Positions 49,722 through 59,601 are shown, numbered from the stretch's first letter. The stretch: 64,000 nt of DNA from an uncultured bacterium (GCA_963729625.1 CAVSOU010000008.1:608001-672000); one strand, 5' to 3'. Made by a program: numbers and translations. Notes: generated from the letters alone by a model not told the origin.

Positions 49722-51890
49722 ATGTTCGGCTTCCCACCGCTGCATCTGATGCGATTCGCCGTCGCCTATGGGCTGGCGCTAGCGCTGGTCCAGCTTACTA
49801 TCGCGGCGATCGCCAGCCTGTTCCTCTCCGGAGGCTCCGACCTTCTCGTCCTGCTCAGCGCGATCGCGGCGTTGATCTCGCTGCCGCTGATCATGTCACC
49901 GCTTTCGGACTGGATTTGCTGGCTTGTGATGCAGGTCGTGGGCGTCATGGCGACGATTCGGTTTGCCACGACACCGGTGACGTTGAGCCGGTCGCTCTCC
50001 TCGCTGCCGAGCAGCCCTGTCTCCATTGACCTGCCATTCAATCACGCGACCGTCACTCTGGGTGCCGCGGACAGCAACTTGCTCTTGCTGCTGCTTCTGG
50101 CACTGCTGACCTGGGAGCTGACCTGGGGAGTGCTCTGGCTGACCCTGCGCGCGAGCTACGTCTGGTCCGCGATCATTATGGCCGGGGCCACGTTGCTGGC
50201 GGCGGCCAACGTTATCACGAGCGCTGAGGTGTGGCTATTGCCTTTCTCGGCGTTGGCCCTTGCTCAGGTGCTATGGCACACATGGTCGGGGAGGCTGGTT
50301 CGCGCAGCTAGCCAGGTGGAGTCGTTGCGGCCTCGCGCTTCGACGGTCCTCTCCTTGCTCGGCGGATTGGCGGCCCTGGCCCTGATCGTGCCGATTTCCT
50401 GGGCCGCGCCATCTCCGACGAGCGCGTCGATCAGCCATCTGAGCCAGCAAGTGTGGTCGGCAATCGGACCCGCGATTAACGATCCACTGCGTCTCCTGGG
50501 CCCGAGGCAAGGCGTGTCGCCGGCGTCTTCCGGGTTCGGCACGCAGTTGAATCTCAACGGCCCGTTCAGGCCGTACCCCGGCCTCGTGATGACCGTGAGC
50601 CATGTGCCGACCAGGCTTTCGCCCTATTGGCGCGGCACGATTTACGACGTGTTTCAGGGGCAGACCTGGCAGGTGTCCAGCGGCGAAACGCTGCAGGTAG
50701 GATCCGGTGGCCCCATCCCCGCTAACGTGCCGCGCCACCAGCACAACCAGATCACGGTCGAGGTACAGGTTGCGCAGCCGGGCGATAGCCTGCTCTTTGC
50801 GCCGGGACGGCCAGTGAGGGCGAGCGTTGCCGCGCGCGCTAACTACGGCCTCGCGGGATCTGGGAGCGAGCCGGTGGCTGTGTATGCCGGAGTTCCCCTG
50901 GCGCAGGGCACTGTCTACGACGTGACGGCAGAGTTGCCGGCCGTGGCGCCGTATCCCGATGCCAAGGGGCCTCCGGTTGATTCACGCTATCTTGCGTTAC
51001 CCGACGGCATCGATCCTCGTATTACTGCTCTGGCGGCACGCCTCACTCAGTCCGCGCAGTCGCCCTACGCCGCCGCGGGCGCCATCGCGGAATACTTCAA
51101 GGACGGCGGCTTCACGTACGATACGACCATTGGTGCTGCTCCCAGCGGAGAGAATCCAATATCCTATTTTCTCTTTCAGAGCAAGCGGGGATACTGCGTG
51201 CATTTCGCCTCGGCCATGGCGCTCCTGGCGCGTGCAGCGGGACTGCCTGCGCGCGTGGTCGGAGGGTACGTCGGCGGGCGCGTGGTGAACGGCGCCTGGC
51301 AGGTGGCTGGCAGCGACGCGCACACGTGGCCCGAGATCTTTTTCGCCGGCACGGGTTGGGTGCCCTTTGAGCCCACACCCGGCTTCGGCGGCGCGCCGGG
51401 CGCTCGGGTGCTGCCACGATCGGGCGCGGCACGCGCGGTTGCCGGCACTCCGGCCAGAGTGGGGGTCGCTGCCACACCGGTCCCACACGTCGCGCGGCAG
51501 GGTGCGCGGTCACGAACCGGCGACAGCCGAGTGCCCACGCTGATCGCGGTCCTGGCGCTGCTCATCCTTGCGATAGGCGGGCTGATGCTTGAGCTGATGC
51601 GGCGCCAGGCGACGACGCTGAGCGGCATTTACCGCGCGATGTGCAGGACGGCTCGGTGGCTGGTTTTTCGACCGCTGGCCACCCAGACGCCTGACGAGTT
51701 TGCCCAGCTATTCGCCGCGCGGCAGGGTTCGGAGCACGCGGATGTATCGCGGATCACGGCACTCTACGTGGCCGCATGCTACGGGCGCCGGAGCGCGACT
51801 CGAGCCGAGGTGCTGGAGGCGGCCGAAGCGCTGCGGCGGTTGCGCCGGTACTGGATTTCGCGGCGCCTGCAGCCATGGAGGAGGGGGTAG
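49722..51890 (+). CDS. Membrane transglutaminase-like protein (TgpA family)
   Basis: Multi-TM N-terminus, YWRG..YD, GYCVHFASA, AHTWPE, WVPFEPTP, DUF4129-like tail. Confidence 0.9.
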   Translation: MFGFPPLHLMRFAVAYGLALALVQLTIAAIASLFLSGGSDLLVLLSAIAALISLPLIMSPLSDWICWLVMQVVGVMATIRFATTPVTLSRSLSSLPSSPVSIDLPFNHATVTLGAADSNLLLLLLLALLTWELTWGVLWLTLRASYVWSAIIMAGATLLAAANVITSAEVWLLPFSALALAQVLWHTWSGRLVRAASQVESLRPRASTVLSLLGGLAALALIVPISWAAPSPTSASISHLSQQVWSAIGPAINDPLRLLGPRQGVSPASSGFGTQLNLNGPFRPYPGLVMTVSHVPTRLSPYWRGTIYDVFQGQTWQVSSGETLQVGSGGPIPANVPRHQHNQITVEVQVAQPGDSLLFAPGRPVRASVAARANYGLAGSGSEPVAVYAGVPLAQGTVYDVTAELPAVAPYPDAKGPPVDSRYLALPDGIDPRITALAARLTQSAQSPYAAAGAIAEYFKDGGFTYDTTIGAAPSGENPISYFLFQSKRGYCVHFASAMALLARAAGLPARVVGGYVGGRVVNGAWQVAGSDAHTWPEIFFAGTGWVPFEPTPGFGGAPGARVLPRSGAARAVAGTPARVGVAATPVPHVARQGARSRTGDSRVPTLIAVLALLILAIGGLMLELMRRQATTLSGIYRAMCRTARWLVFRPLATQTPDEFAQLFAARQGSEHADVSRITALYVAACYGRRSATRAEVLEAAEALRRLRRYWISRRLQPWRRG

Positions 51891-51965
51891 GCCGGCTTTC
51901 GCCACGAAGTCCATCGCCTCAGAAGGGCTCCAAGGCAGGTTATAACTCCTTGCTGCGTTTCCATC

Positions 51966-52403
51966 TCAAGCACGCTGTCCCGTGATGTATTGCTCGAGCT
52001 GCTCGATGCGGGTGTCGCGGTCGGTCAGCAGGCCTTTAACGACATCGCCGATAGAGATGATGCCGAGCAGGCGTCCGCCCTGCATGACAGGGAGGTGGCG
52101 GATGCGCCGGGTCGTCATCAGAGCCATGCAATCCTCGATAGTCTGATCCGGACGCACGAACAGCACTTTGTCCGTCATGATCTCGCGGACGAGCGCCGTC
52201 TCTGGGAGCCGGCCCTGCAGGATGACCCTGCGGGCGTAGTCGCGCTCCGAGACTATCCCAACTACCTGCCCCGCCTCTACGACGAGCAGGGCTCCAACTT
52301 GTTTCTCGGCCATGAGCTCAACAGCCCTGTATACCGATGCATTTGGCGGAACCGACCAGGTATCGCTTCCCTTGGTGCTCAGCAGATGTGCAACGGTAGT
52401 CAT
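51966..52403 (-). CDS. CBS-pair protein
   Basis: GIVSERDY, RIRHLPV and GIISIGDVVK motifs. Confidence 0.92.
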   Translation of the reverse strand: MTTVAHLLSTKGSDTWSVPPNASVYRAVELMAEKQVGALLVVEAGQVVGIVSERDYARRVILQGRLPETALVREIMTDKVLFVRPDQTIEDCMALMTTRRIRHLPVMQGGRLLGIISIGDVVKGLLTDRDTRIEQLEQYITGQRA

Positions 52404-52549
52404 CAGTCATCGCCTCCTCTGCGATCTACCTCAAGATACTGCGACGATCGATAATGATCGTGGCCGATCCGACCGTGGAGGGCCCATACAGCATGTAAAC
52501 CTACTTCAGACATTCCCTCGACGCCAACGTGAATAGAAAGGTCTCACAT

Positions 52550-53260
52550 ATGACCACCTTGCTTTACCACGAAGATAGTTACCTGCAGCAGATGGCCGCG
52601 ACCGTTACCCAGGTGCTGGACGGTCGCGCAGAACTGGACCGAACGATCTTTTACGCCCAGAGCGGCGGCCAGCCGGCAGACCAGGGTTCGATCACCTGGG
52701 ACGGCGGTCAGGCGCGCGTTGTCGACGTGCGCCGGGAGGGCGCGACCGTCTGGCACCAGATCGAAGGCGATACCCCCAAGCCAGGTACGCGCGTGCAAGG
52801 AACGCTGAACTGGGACCGGCGCTACGCACTCATGCGGGCGCACACTGCGTTGCACATTCTCTGCGGCGTGATCTGGCGAGATTACGGAGCGCCGGTGACG
52901 GGCGGATCGATGGAGCCCGGAAAGGCACGCATGGATTTCGAGCTGGAACGTATGAGCGCCGACTTCGCGGAAGACATCGAGGCTCGGGCCAATGCCGAGA
53001 TCGCAGCCGACCGCGAGATACGGGTGCGTATCCTTCTGCGGGCTGACGCTTTTGCTATTCCCGACCTGATCCGCACGAAGGTCAACCTCCTGCCCGAAGG
53101 GATTGTCGAGATTCGCGTGGTGGAGATCGCCGGTCTCGACCTGCAGGCAGACGGAGGCACGCACGTGGCGCGGACGAGCGAGGTTGGGCGTATTCGCGTG
53201 ATCGGACATGAGAGCAAAGGACGTATCAATAAGCGCCTGCGGCTGGTGATCGAGCCGTAG
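52550..53260 (+). CDS. Alanyl-tRNA editing protein AlaX
   Basis: LDRTIFYAQSGGQPAD, MRAHTALH and DGGTHV motifs. Confidence 0.92.
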   Translation: MTTLLYHEDSYLQQMAATVTQVLDGRAELDRTIFYAQSGGQPADQGSITWDGGQARVVDVRREGATVWHQIEGDTPKPGTRVQGTLNWDRRYALMRAHTALHILCGVIWRDYGAPVTGGSMEPGKARMDFELERMSADFAEDIEARANAEIAADREIRVRILLRADAFAIPDLIRTKVNLLPEGIVEIRVVEIAGLDLQADGGTHVARTSEVGRIRVIGHESKGRINKRLRLVIEP

Positions 53261-53353
53261 TACCCCATGACCTGCGGCACCAACGTGCTGCTCACAGTCT
53301 CGCGCAGAAAGCAACAGAGATGCCGCGTTTCGCGCGCTTACGCGCACCGAGTG

Positions 53354-53956
53354 TCACCCGTAGCGGAGGATAGGCAGTACGATCGTGTCGACCAGGTGCT
53401 CGACGAAGTCGCCATCCAATGGCGCTCGGCTGAGGAGCAAGCGATTGGCGACAACCGAATGAATCACCTCCGCGACCGCGGCCGTCTTACTTGCCGTCTC
53501 CGGTGACACCTCGCCTCGCTCGATTGCACGCGCGATGATGCAGTCGATATCCCGCTGCAATCCTCCGGCACTCTGTAGCTTGATCAACTGACCAAGATGC
53601 GCGTCGGTACATATCGCCGTGAGCAGGCCCTGCATGAGCGGACTGTCCGCCGAGGTACCCTGGCGTATGAAGCTGACTTCGGCAATGAGATCGTCGCGCA
53701 GGCTAGAAGCTGGAGGCGGCTTCTGGGCTTCGGCTTTATGGCCGAGAAGGGCTGCCGCGATCAAGTCGGCTTTACCAGGCCAGCGCCGATAGAGGGTCGC
53801 CTTACTGGTGTGGGCGCGGCGCGCTATCTCGTCGAGCGACATTCGGTCGTAGCCGACCTCGGCGAGCAGCGCCAGCGCTACCTCGAGCAGCACGCGTTCT
53901 CGCGCCGCACCCAGGCGTCGCCTGGTGGTGCGAGGTCGCGCCAGGTCTTCAGACAT
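53354..53956 (-). CDS. TetR/AcrR-family regulator
   Basis: IARRAHTSKATLYRRWPGK HTH; divergent from the MFS gene. Confidence 0.92.
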   Translation of the reverse strand: MSEDLARPRTTRRRLGAARERVLLEVALALLAEVGYDRMSLDEIARRAHTSKATLYRRWPGKADLIAAALLGHKAEAQKPPPASSLRDDLIAEVSFIRQGTSADSPLMQGLLTAICTDAHLGQLIKLQSAGGLQRDIDCIIARAIERGEVSPETASKTAAVAEVIHSVVANRLLLSRAPLDGDFVEHLVDTIVLPILRYG

Positions 53957-54187
53957 GCAACTCCTTCCGCGCCCCGCTGCGCAGTGAAGGCATGGTGCGC
54001 GATCCCGCACCGGGCCGAAACAGGCGCGCCACTCGGCTGCAGGTCACTTCTGCATTGAGCACGCGCCGCGGTAATGCGCTTCGCGCGCGCCGCTCAGGCG
54101 CCACCGTCTCAGTGAAATGTGCTACACCGGCACGGCTTCGGTGCTTGAGGTCATTGTACCTTAGCCGCAGACAGCGTACAGTGCTAA

Positions 54188-54210
54188 GTGTACGGTACGG
54201 TATCGTACAC
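54188..54210. promoter_or_regulatory. Candidate TetR operator
   Basis: GTGTACGGTAC-G-GTATCGTACAC, an 11-1-11 dyad with one mismatch. Confidence 0.65.
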
Positions 54211-54391
54211 ATAAAGTGGGGGAGGTGTGCATGCCAAATCGGTTGGGGCCTTACCTGATGATACCGTGGCGGGATTATCCTGACGAATCTCCCCTCGGCA
54301 ACCGCACGAAACCGTTCCATGTCCGGCTCACGGGTGATGAGCACCTCTGCACTACAGTCGAGCACACATAGTTCTAGCCAGGAGGAACAGG

Positions 54392-55897
54392 ATGGCTCAA
54401 GCAGATATGTCAGCGGCAACGATGCAAGTGCCAGGTAGCGACCGCCAGGTGCACAAGACGGCGGCTCTCGTGCTGGTATGCCTGGCGCAGTTGATGGTGA
54501 TTATCGACATCTCCATCGTCAATGTTGCGCTCCCCTCGATCAAGAATGCGCTGCACTTCTCAGAGCAGGATTTGCAGTGGGTGGTCAACGCCTATACGCT
54601 GCTGTTCGCCGGATTCCTGCTTCTCGGCGGGCGCGCGGCGGATATGCTGGGGCGCCGTTCCGTGCTGATTGGCGGGCTGGCGCTGTTCACGCTCGCGTCA
54701 CTTGCCTGCGGCCTCGCTCAGTCGTCGACCGAACTGGTGATCATTCGAGCGCTCCAGGGGCTCGGCGGTGCGATCATTTCTCCCGCGGCGCTATCGCTGC
54801 TCACGGTGACTTTCTCCGAGGGCCGTGAGCGCAACCGCGCGCTTGGCGTCTGGGGCGCAGTCTCAGGCGGAGGCATCGCCGTCGGCGTGCTTCTTGGCGG
54901 CCTGCTCGCTCAGGGACCCGGGTGGAGGTGGGTGTTCTTTGTGAACGTGCCGATCGGCGTCGTTACGGCCGTGCTCACCGCGCGCATGCTCGCCGAGAGC
55001 CGTGCCGATGACCGATCGCGGACGTATGACCTCACGGGCACTGTGTCGGTGACGGCTGGGCTGATTCTGCTGGTCTACGCTTTGGTGAATACCAACACGT
55101 ACGGGTGGGCGTCGGCCAGAACAATTGGCGAATTGGTCGGCGCCACTGCACTGCTCGGACTCTTCGTGGCTACCGAGGCGCGCTTCGCCGCTCACCCGTT
55201 GGTCCCCCTGCGGATCTTCCGCTCGTGGACGCTCTCGGGCGCCAACGTCGTGGCCCTGCTTGTGGGCCTGAGTCTCTTTGCGGTGTTCTTCTTCCTGACG
55301 CTCTACATGCAGCAGGTGCTGCGCTTCACGCCGCTCCAGGCGGGCGTCGCCTACCTGCCCTTCACCGTGGGCATCATAGTGGCATCGGGTGCGGGGGCGG
55401 CCCTGGTCACACGTACCGGAGTGAAGTGGCTGCTGGTTGGTGGTCTCCTGATTATGGCGGCCGGACTTCTGCTGATGGCCCGCTTGCCGGACAACGGAAC
55501 ATATTTCGCTAACATCCTCCCGGCCTTCGTCGTCACCGCGCTGGGAGCCGGCATGGTGTTCCTGCCCATGACGAACGCCGCCATATCGGGCGCCGGGCCG
55601 CAGGATGCCGGCCTTGCATCGGGTCTGCTGAACACCTCGCAACAAGTCGGCGGAGCAGTGGGCCTGGCGCTGCTTTCGACCATCGCTACGTCCTTCACCA
55701 CCAGCGTCCTGGCCGGCGACGCGCATGCCGGGTTCGCGCATGCGCTCGTGGCCGGCTTCGACCGATCGTTCGTCGTGGCGGCAGGGCTCGCGGTTGCCGC
55801 CGCTATCGTGGCTCTCCTGACCATCTCTCGTCACGTTGGACGGCAGGAGCAGGTGGTACGAGTAGATACACGGGCAGCGATGGAGGGTGTAGCGTAG
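54392..55897 (+). CDS. DHA2 (EmrB/QacA) MFS efflux pump
   Basis: DISIVNVALPSI, GRAADMLGRR and WRWVFFVNVPIG motifs; about 14 TM helices. Confidence 0.93.
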   Translation: MAQADMSAATMQVPGSDRQVHKTAALVLVCLAQLMVIIDISIVNVALPSIKNALHFSEQDLQWVVNAYTLLFAGFLLLGGRAADMLGRRSVLIGGLALFTLASLACGLAQSSTELVIIRALQGLGGAIISPAALSLLTVTFSEGRERNRALGVWGAVSGGGIAVGVLLGGLLAQGPGWRWVFFVNVPIGVVTAVLTARMLAESRADDRSRTYDLTGTVSVTAGLILLVYALVNTNTYGWASARTIGELVGATALLGLFVATEARFAAHPLVPLRIFRSWTLSGANVVALLVGLSLFAVFFFLTLYMQQVLRFTPLQAGVAYLPFTVGIIVASGAGAALVTRTGVKWLLVGGLLIMAAGLLLMARLPDNGTYFANILPAFVVTALGAGMVFLPMTNAAISGAGPQDAGLASGLLNTSQQVGGAVGLALLSTIATSFTTSVLAGDAHAGFAHALVAGFDRSFVVAAGLAVAAAIVALLTISRHVGRQEQVVRVDTRAAMEGVA

Positions 55898-55985
55898 ATC
55901 GGGCACTGGGTAGAACCAGCCTGCCCCATCCGCAGGATGCTTTCGGCCGACCATGTGATGCGCGCGTTGCACGGACAGAACGTGC

Positions 55986-56027
55986 CCAAAGAGAGACCCC
56001 GGAGCAAATGCCGGGGTCTCTCTTTGG
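55986..56027 (+). terminator. 17-bp perfect stem-loop downstream of the MFS gene
   Basis: CCAAAGAGAGACCCCGG-8nt-CCGGGGTCTCTCTTTGG. Confidence 0.7.
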
Positions 56028-56297
56028 CTGGATTACCACCAGGCATGCAGAAGCGCTCCTCTGAGCCGCTCTTGCATGGTTCCGCCTTGATGGGCTGCGA
56101 CTGATCGATGGGTCCGGCCAGCGAGCACGACGTTGCCTTGCACTGCGCCACTGCTGTGGACGCTGGACAACCGGCGGTACAATGCACCGTGTCGCGACTA
56201 GGCCACTCGCCCGGAACCTTGAGCGACCGCGGTCGCGTATTCAGGCGAACGGCGGGGCGCCGACACAGCCGAGGCGTGTGACAGAGTACTGGAGTCT

Positions 56298-57236
56298 ATG
56301 GCTGACGGAGATACGACCGAGGGTCTGGTAATACGCGCGCAGAGTGGTTTCTATTACGTGCGCGTGGGCGAGGAGACCATTACCTGTACGCTGCCCGGGC
56401 GCTTCAAGCAGGGGCGCCGGACCGTGAAGAACCCCGTCGTCGTCGGCGACCGAGCGGTGTTCCGGCGGCTCTCGGACCTCGAGGGCGTGATCGAGCGCAT
56501 CAGTCCGCGTCGAAACGAGCTTGCTCGTACCGCTGCCGGCGATACCGGAATCAAGCAGGTGCTCGCCGCCAACCTCGACCTGGTAATCCTCGCCGTGGCC
56601 TTGCGCGAGCCCGCGCTCAACAGAGCTCGGCTAGACCGATTCCTGCTGGCCACGGAACAGTCAGGGATCACGCCCGTCATCCTGGTAACCAAGCTCGACC
56701 TCGGCACGCGAGAGGAAGCCGACAGCGCGATACAGCCGTACCGCGACATCGGATATCACGTCGTGGTGAGCAGCACGAAGTCGGGCGAGGGGCTCGATCG
56801 GCTTCGCGCGCTGCTGACCGGGCGCGTCAGCACCATTATCGGCGCATCCGGTGTCGGTAAGTCGACGATACTGAACGCTCTTCAACCCGGACTCAAGCTC
56901 AAGGAAGGCGCGGTGAGCACTTCCACAGGGAAAGGAAGGCATACTACGACCGTGGCCGACCTTATCTCGCTGGATTTCGGAGGATACCTGGCGGACACTC
57001 CCGGTCTGCGAGAGCTCGCGCCGTGGGACCTGAGCATCGAGGAGCTTCCGGGCCTGTTTCCGGAGATGAGGCCGTATCTGGACGCCTGCCGCTTCTCTCG
57101 CTGCACGCACGTGCATGAGCCCGGATGCGCGGTGCGCCGCGCGCTCGAGCAGTGTCTTATCGATCCGGAGCGCTATCGTACCTATGTGAAAATTCGTACC
57201 GAAGAATTGAAGGAGCCTGCTCGGGCGTCGCGCTAA
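56298..57236 (+). CDS. rsgA: Ribosome small subunit-dependent GTPase A
   Basis: TKLD, GASGVGKS, GKGRHTTT, DTPG and the CRFSRCTHVHEPGC Zn finger. Confidence 0.96.
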   Translation: MADGDTTEGLVIRAQSGFYYVRVGEETITCTLPGRFKQGRRTVKNPVVVGDRAVFRRLSDLEGVIERISPRRNELARTAAGDTGIKQVLAANLDLVILAVALREPALNRARLDRFLLATEQSGITPVILVTKLDLGTREEADSAIQPYRDIGYHVVVSSTKSGEGLDRLRALLTGRVSTIIGASGVGKSTILNALQPGLKLKEGAVSTSTGKGRHTTTVADLISLDFGGYLADTPGLRELAPWDLSIEELPGLFPEMRPYLDACRFSRCTHVHEPGCAVRRALEQCLIDPERYRTYVKIRTEELKEPARASR

Positions 57237-57279
57237 CCGCATGGGACATACTGCTTGACCCCACGCCTTTGCCGGCGCC

Positions 57280-57324
57280 CCGGTCTCTTGGGGCTCGCAC
57301 GATACCACCACCCCAAGAGACCGG
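57280..57324. terminator. Stem-loop between convergent rsgA and the YCII gene
   Basis: 14-bp inverted repeat CCGGTCTCTTGGGG...CCCCAAGAGACCGG. Confidence 0.6.
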
Positions 57325-57347
57325 ACTGGCTCACAACCGGCAGCCGG

Positions 57348-57668
57348 CTACATGGCCGGGAAGACCTCGTAGACCGAGATCTGGGCGCCGCCCTGCAAGA
57401 CCGGACAACCTTTGGCCATCTTGACTGCCTCGTCAAGCGAGTCGGCCTTGAGGATCGTATAGCCGGTAGCCGGCGTGCCGATTGGGCCGTCGGCAACTCG
57501 CCCGTCGCCGCCGATGCTCTTTGCCGCAGGCGAGAACGGATTGCCCGGGTCCACCAAGGCGGCGCCAAGTCCGCCGAACCACTTTCCCCATGCCTGCATG
57601 ACCGCGGCTTGCGCTGCTTCGGTCTCCGGCATGCCACCGCCAGTGTAAATCAGGACAAAATTCGCCAT
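57348..57668 (-). CDS. YCII-related protein
   Basis: AWGKWF..LG..LVD.GNP and GYTILKADSLDEAV.MAKGCP motifs. Confidence 0.8.
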   Translation of the reverse strand: MANFVLIYTGGGMPETEAAQAAVMQAWGKWFGGLGAALVDPGNPFSPAAKSIGGDGRVADGPIGTPATGYTILKADSLDEAVKMAKGCPVLQGGAQISVYEVFPAM

Positions 57669-57735
57669 TGCCGTTTCTCCTCTAGACTAAGCGTGACTTC
57701 CACTGAATGTCGAAGTGTGGACTGGGCGGCGTCCA

Positions 57736-58206
57736 TCATGCCGTTGTTGGCTGATGTTCTGCTACCCTGGGATCGTCTCCTGGACTGCGACCCTCGCCAA
57801 CCACGGCAAGGCGCTGTAGATAGTGTTCCCAACCCTCGCCATGCGATGCTTGCGCTTTGGCCGGCAATCCCAGGTGCCGAAGGCGCAGGATGGTGCCGTC
57901 GCCATCTGCCGTCAGCGTGATTTCCACCGTCGACGAGCCCGGAGGCACAAGCTGCCCGTCGCCTTCCCAACCGAAGGTGAAGACGACGCGGCGCGGTGGC
58001 TCCACGGCGAGATATTCACCGCGTGCGATATGCCGCCCAGTGATGTTGCAGAGGTAGATCCCGCCTGGGCGCGGGTCGAGCGTTGCGCTGACTCCCTTCC
58101 ATAACACCATCTTCTTGGAATCGATCAAGAACGGGAAGATCGTTTCAGGCCGTGCGGCAATGTGCAGCTCACGCTCGATCATGCCGCCCTCAGCTTGTAG
58201 GGGCAC
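57736..58206 (-). CDS. SRPBCC/AHSA1 domain protein
   Basis: EPPRRVVFTFGW, STVEITL and GWEHYLQRL motifs; AGGAGG RBS before a GTG start. Confidence 0.88.
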   Translation of the reverse strand: MPLQAEGGMIERELHIAARPETIFPFLIDSKKMVLWKGVSATLDPRPGGIYLCNITGRHIARGEYLAVEPPRRVVFTFGWEGDGQLVPPGSSTVEITLTADGDGTILRLRHLGLPAKAQASHGEGWEHYLQRLAVVGEGRSPGDDPRVAEHQPTTA

Positions 58207-58516
58207 CAGATGACCTCCTTTCCTCGGCTTCCGCCGCCTGCTTGAGCAGCAACAGGCGGTCATCCCAAAACTCATCGAGGTAGCGCCGGAGCTCAGCTAA
58301 GCCCTCCGGCCTTGCGGAATAGAGACGTCGTGTTCCGACTGCGCGGACGGACACCAGGCCCGCCTCCGCGAGGACTTGAAGATGTTGCGATATTGCCGGC
58401 CGCGACACAGCGAAGTGGGCGGCGATCTCCCCTGACGACTGCTCATCGTTATGGATCAACCGCATGATCTCGCGGCGCCGAGGTTCGGCGATTGCCTGCA
58501 GTACCGTGTCGATCAT
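58190..58516 (-). CDS. ArsR/SmtB-family regulator
   Basis: AIAEPRRREI and SRPAISQHLQVL..AGLV motifs. Confidence 0.92.
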   Translation of the reverse strand: MIDTVLQAIAEPRRREIMRLIHNDEQSSGEIAAHFAVSRPAISQHLQVLAEAGLVSVRAVGTRRLYSARPEGLAELRRYLDEFWDDRLLLLKQAAEAEERRSSGAPTS

Positions 58517-58522
58517 GGATTC

Positions 58523-58557
58523 ATCATAGTGGATACCTCTGTAAGTGTCGACTTACA
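58523..58557 (-). promoter_or_regulatory. arsR promoter with a palindromic operator
   Basis: TCGACA-17-TATGAT; TGTAAGT-4-ACTTACA at 58540-58557 covers the -35. Confidence 0.7.
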
Positions 58558-58777
58558 TATCAACGAACTGATTCGATACACGGTTGGCAGCCCACCATGC
58601 CAGGCACGCTCCCACGATCCCGCCTGCGGCGGTGGCCGGGGTGGCTTCGGGCGCGCGGTGTCGCCATCTTGACAGTTCAAAGCCCTTGACTGCGGACGAC
58701 CAACACTGGCAGCGAACTCATTCTCCGCGTATTCTGTAATCCATGTTGATTCTGGCCCAATCCGGGACAGCGGAGCC

Positions 58778-59587
58778 ATGATCCGCTCGCCGGACAAACC
58801 CGGTGTCGGCGCCGCACGGCGCCGGCGGGTGCGCACTCCGCGATGGGCTGGTCGGGCCGCACAATGCTTTGACCAGCGCATCGGTGGCGCCTGCGTACGT
58901 TGGGTGCAGGCGGGCACTGGTCCGCCTTTGCTGCTCCTGCACGGTTACGCGGGCAGTGCGCACTGGTGGGTGCGGAATATTGCCGCGCTGGCACGCACGC
59001 ACACGGTGTTCGCGCTGGACCTGCCGGGCTTCGGCGCCAGCCGCATGCCTGGGCGCTACACTTTTGCACGCACTGTCGAACTGTTGGCCGCTTGGATGGA
59101 GGCAAACTCCATTGGCTGCGCGGACGTCGTCGGACACTCCATGGGTGGACAAATTGCCATGCTGCTCGCCGCGGCACATACCGGGCGCGTGCGCCGGCTG
59201 GTGCTGATCGCACCGGCCGGAATACCGTTCACGACCGACCTGCTCAGGACCGCCGGCCGGGCCTTCGGTTCCCGCATGGCCAGCGATCCGCGCTTCACGC
59301 CTATCGTCATGGGCGGCGCCATCAGCACGAGTCCGCGCATCCTTTGGCAGGCCGTGAGGCAGATCCGGGACATCGACGTGCGATCCCTCGTGCGTAGTCT
59401 TACAGTCCCGACGCTGATCCTGTGGGGAACCAGAGATCGCCTGCTGCCGGTCGAGAACGCCGCCACGCTGTCGGCGGCAATCGCTCGTGCTCAAGTCACC
59501 ATTGTGCCCGATGCGAGCCACATTCTCTTCTTCGAGCAAGCCGGACGTGTCAATGAGGCGATCCTGTCATTTCTCGCCCAACCTTGA
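58778..59587 (+). CDS. Alpha/beta fold hydrolase
   Basis: LLHG, DLPGFG, GHSMGG, WG.RD and ASH motifs. Confidence 0.9.
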   Translation: MIRSPDKPGVGAARRRRVRTPRWAGRAAQCFDQRIGGACVRWVQAGTGPPLLLLHGYAGSAHWWVRNIAALARTHTVFALDLPGFGASRMPGRYTFARTVELLAAWMEANSIGCADVVGHSMGGQIAMLLAAAHTGRVRRLVLIAPAGIPFTTDLLRTAGRAFGSRMASDPRFTPIVMGGAISTSPRILWQAVRQIRDIDVRSLVRSLTVPTLILWGTRDRLLPVENAATLSAAIARAQVTIVPDASHILFFEQAGRVNEAILSFLAQP

Positions 59588-59601
59588 CCAGCGTTGACCG
59601 G

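Noticed and set aside
54255-54320. CTGATGA...GAAAC resembling a hammerhead ribozyme core
   Set aside because: The required stems II and III cannot be formed.
55986-57324. Similar GGTCTCT-containing hairpins on both sides of rsgA as mobile-element ends
   Set aside because: The shared core is short, rsgA is a housekeeping gene and no transposase is present; terminators explain them.
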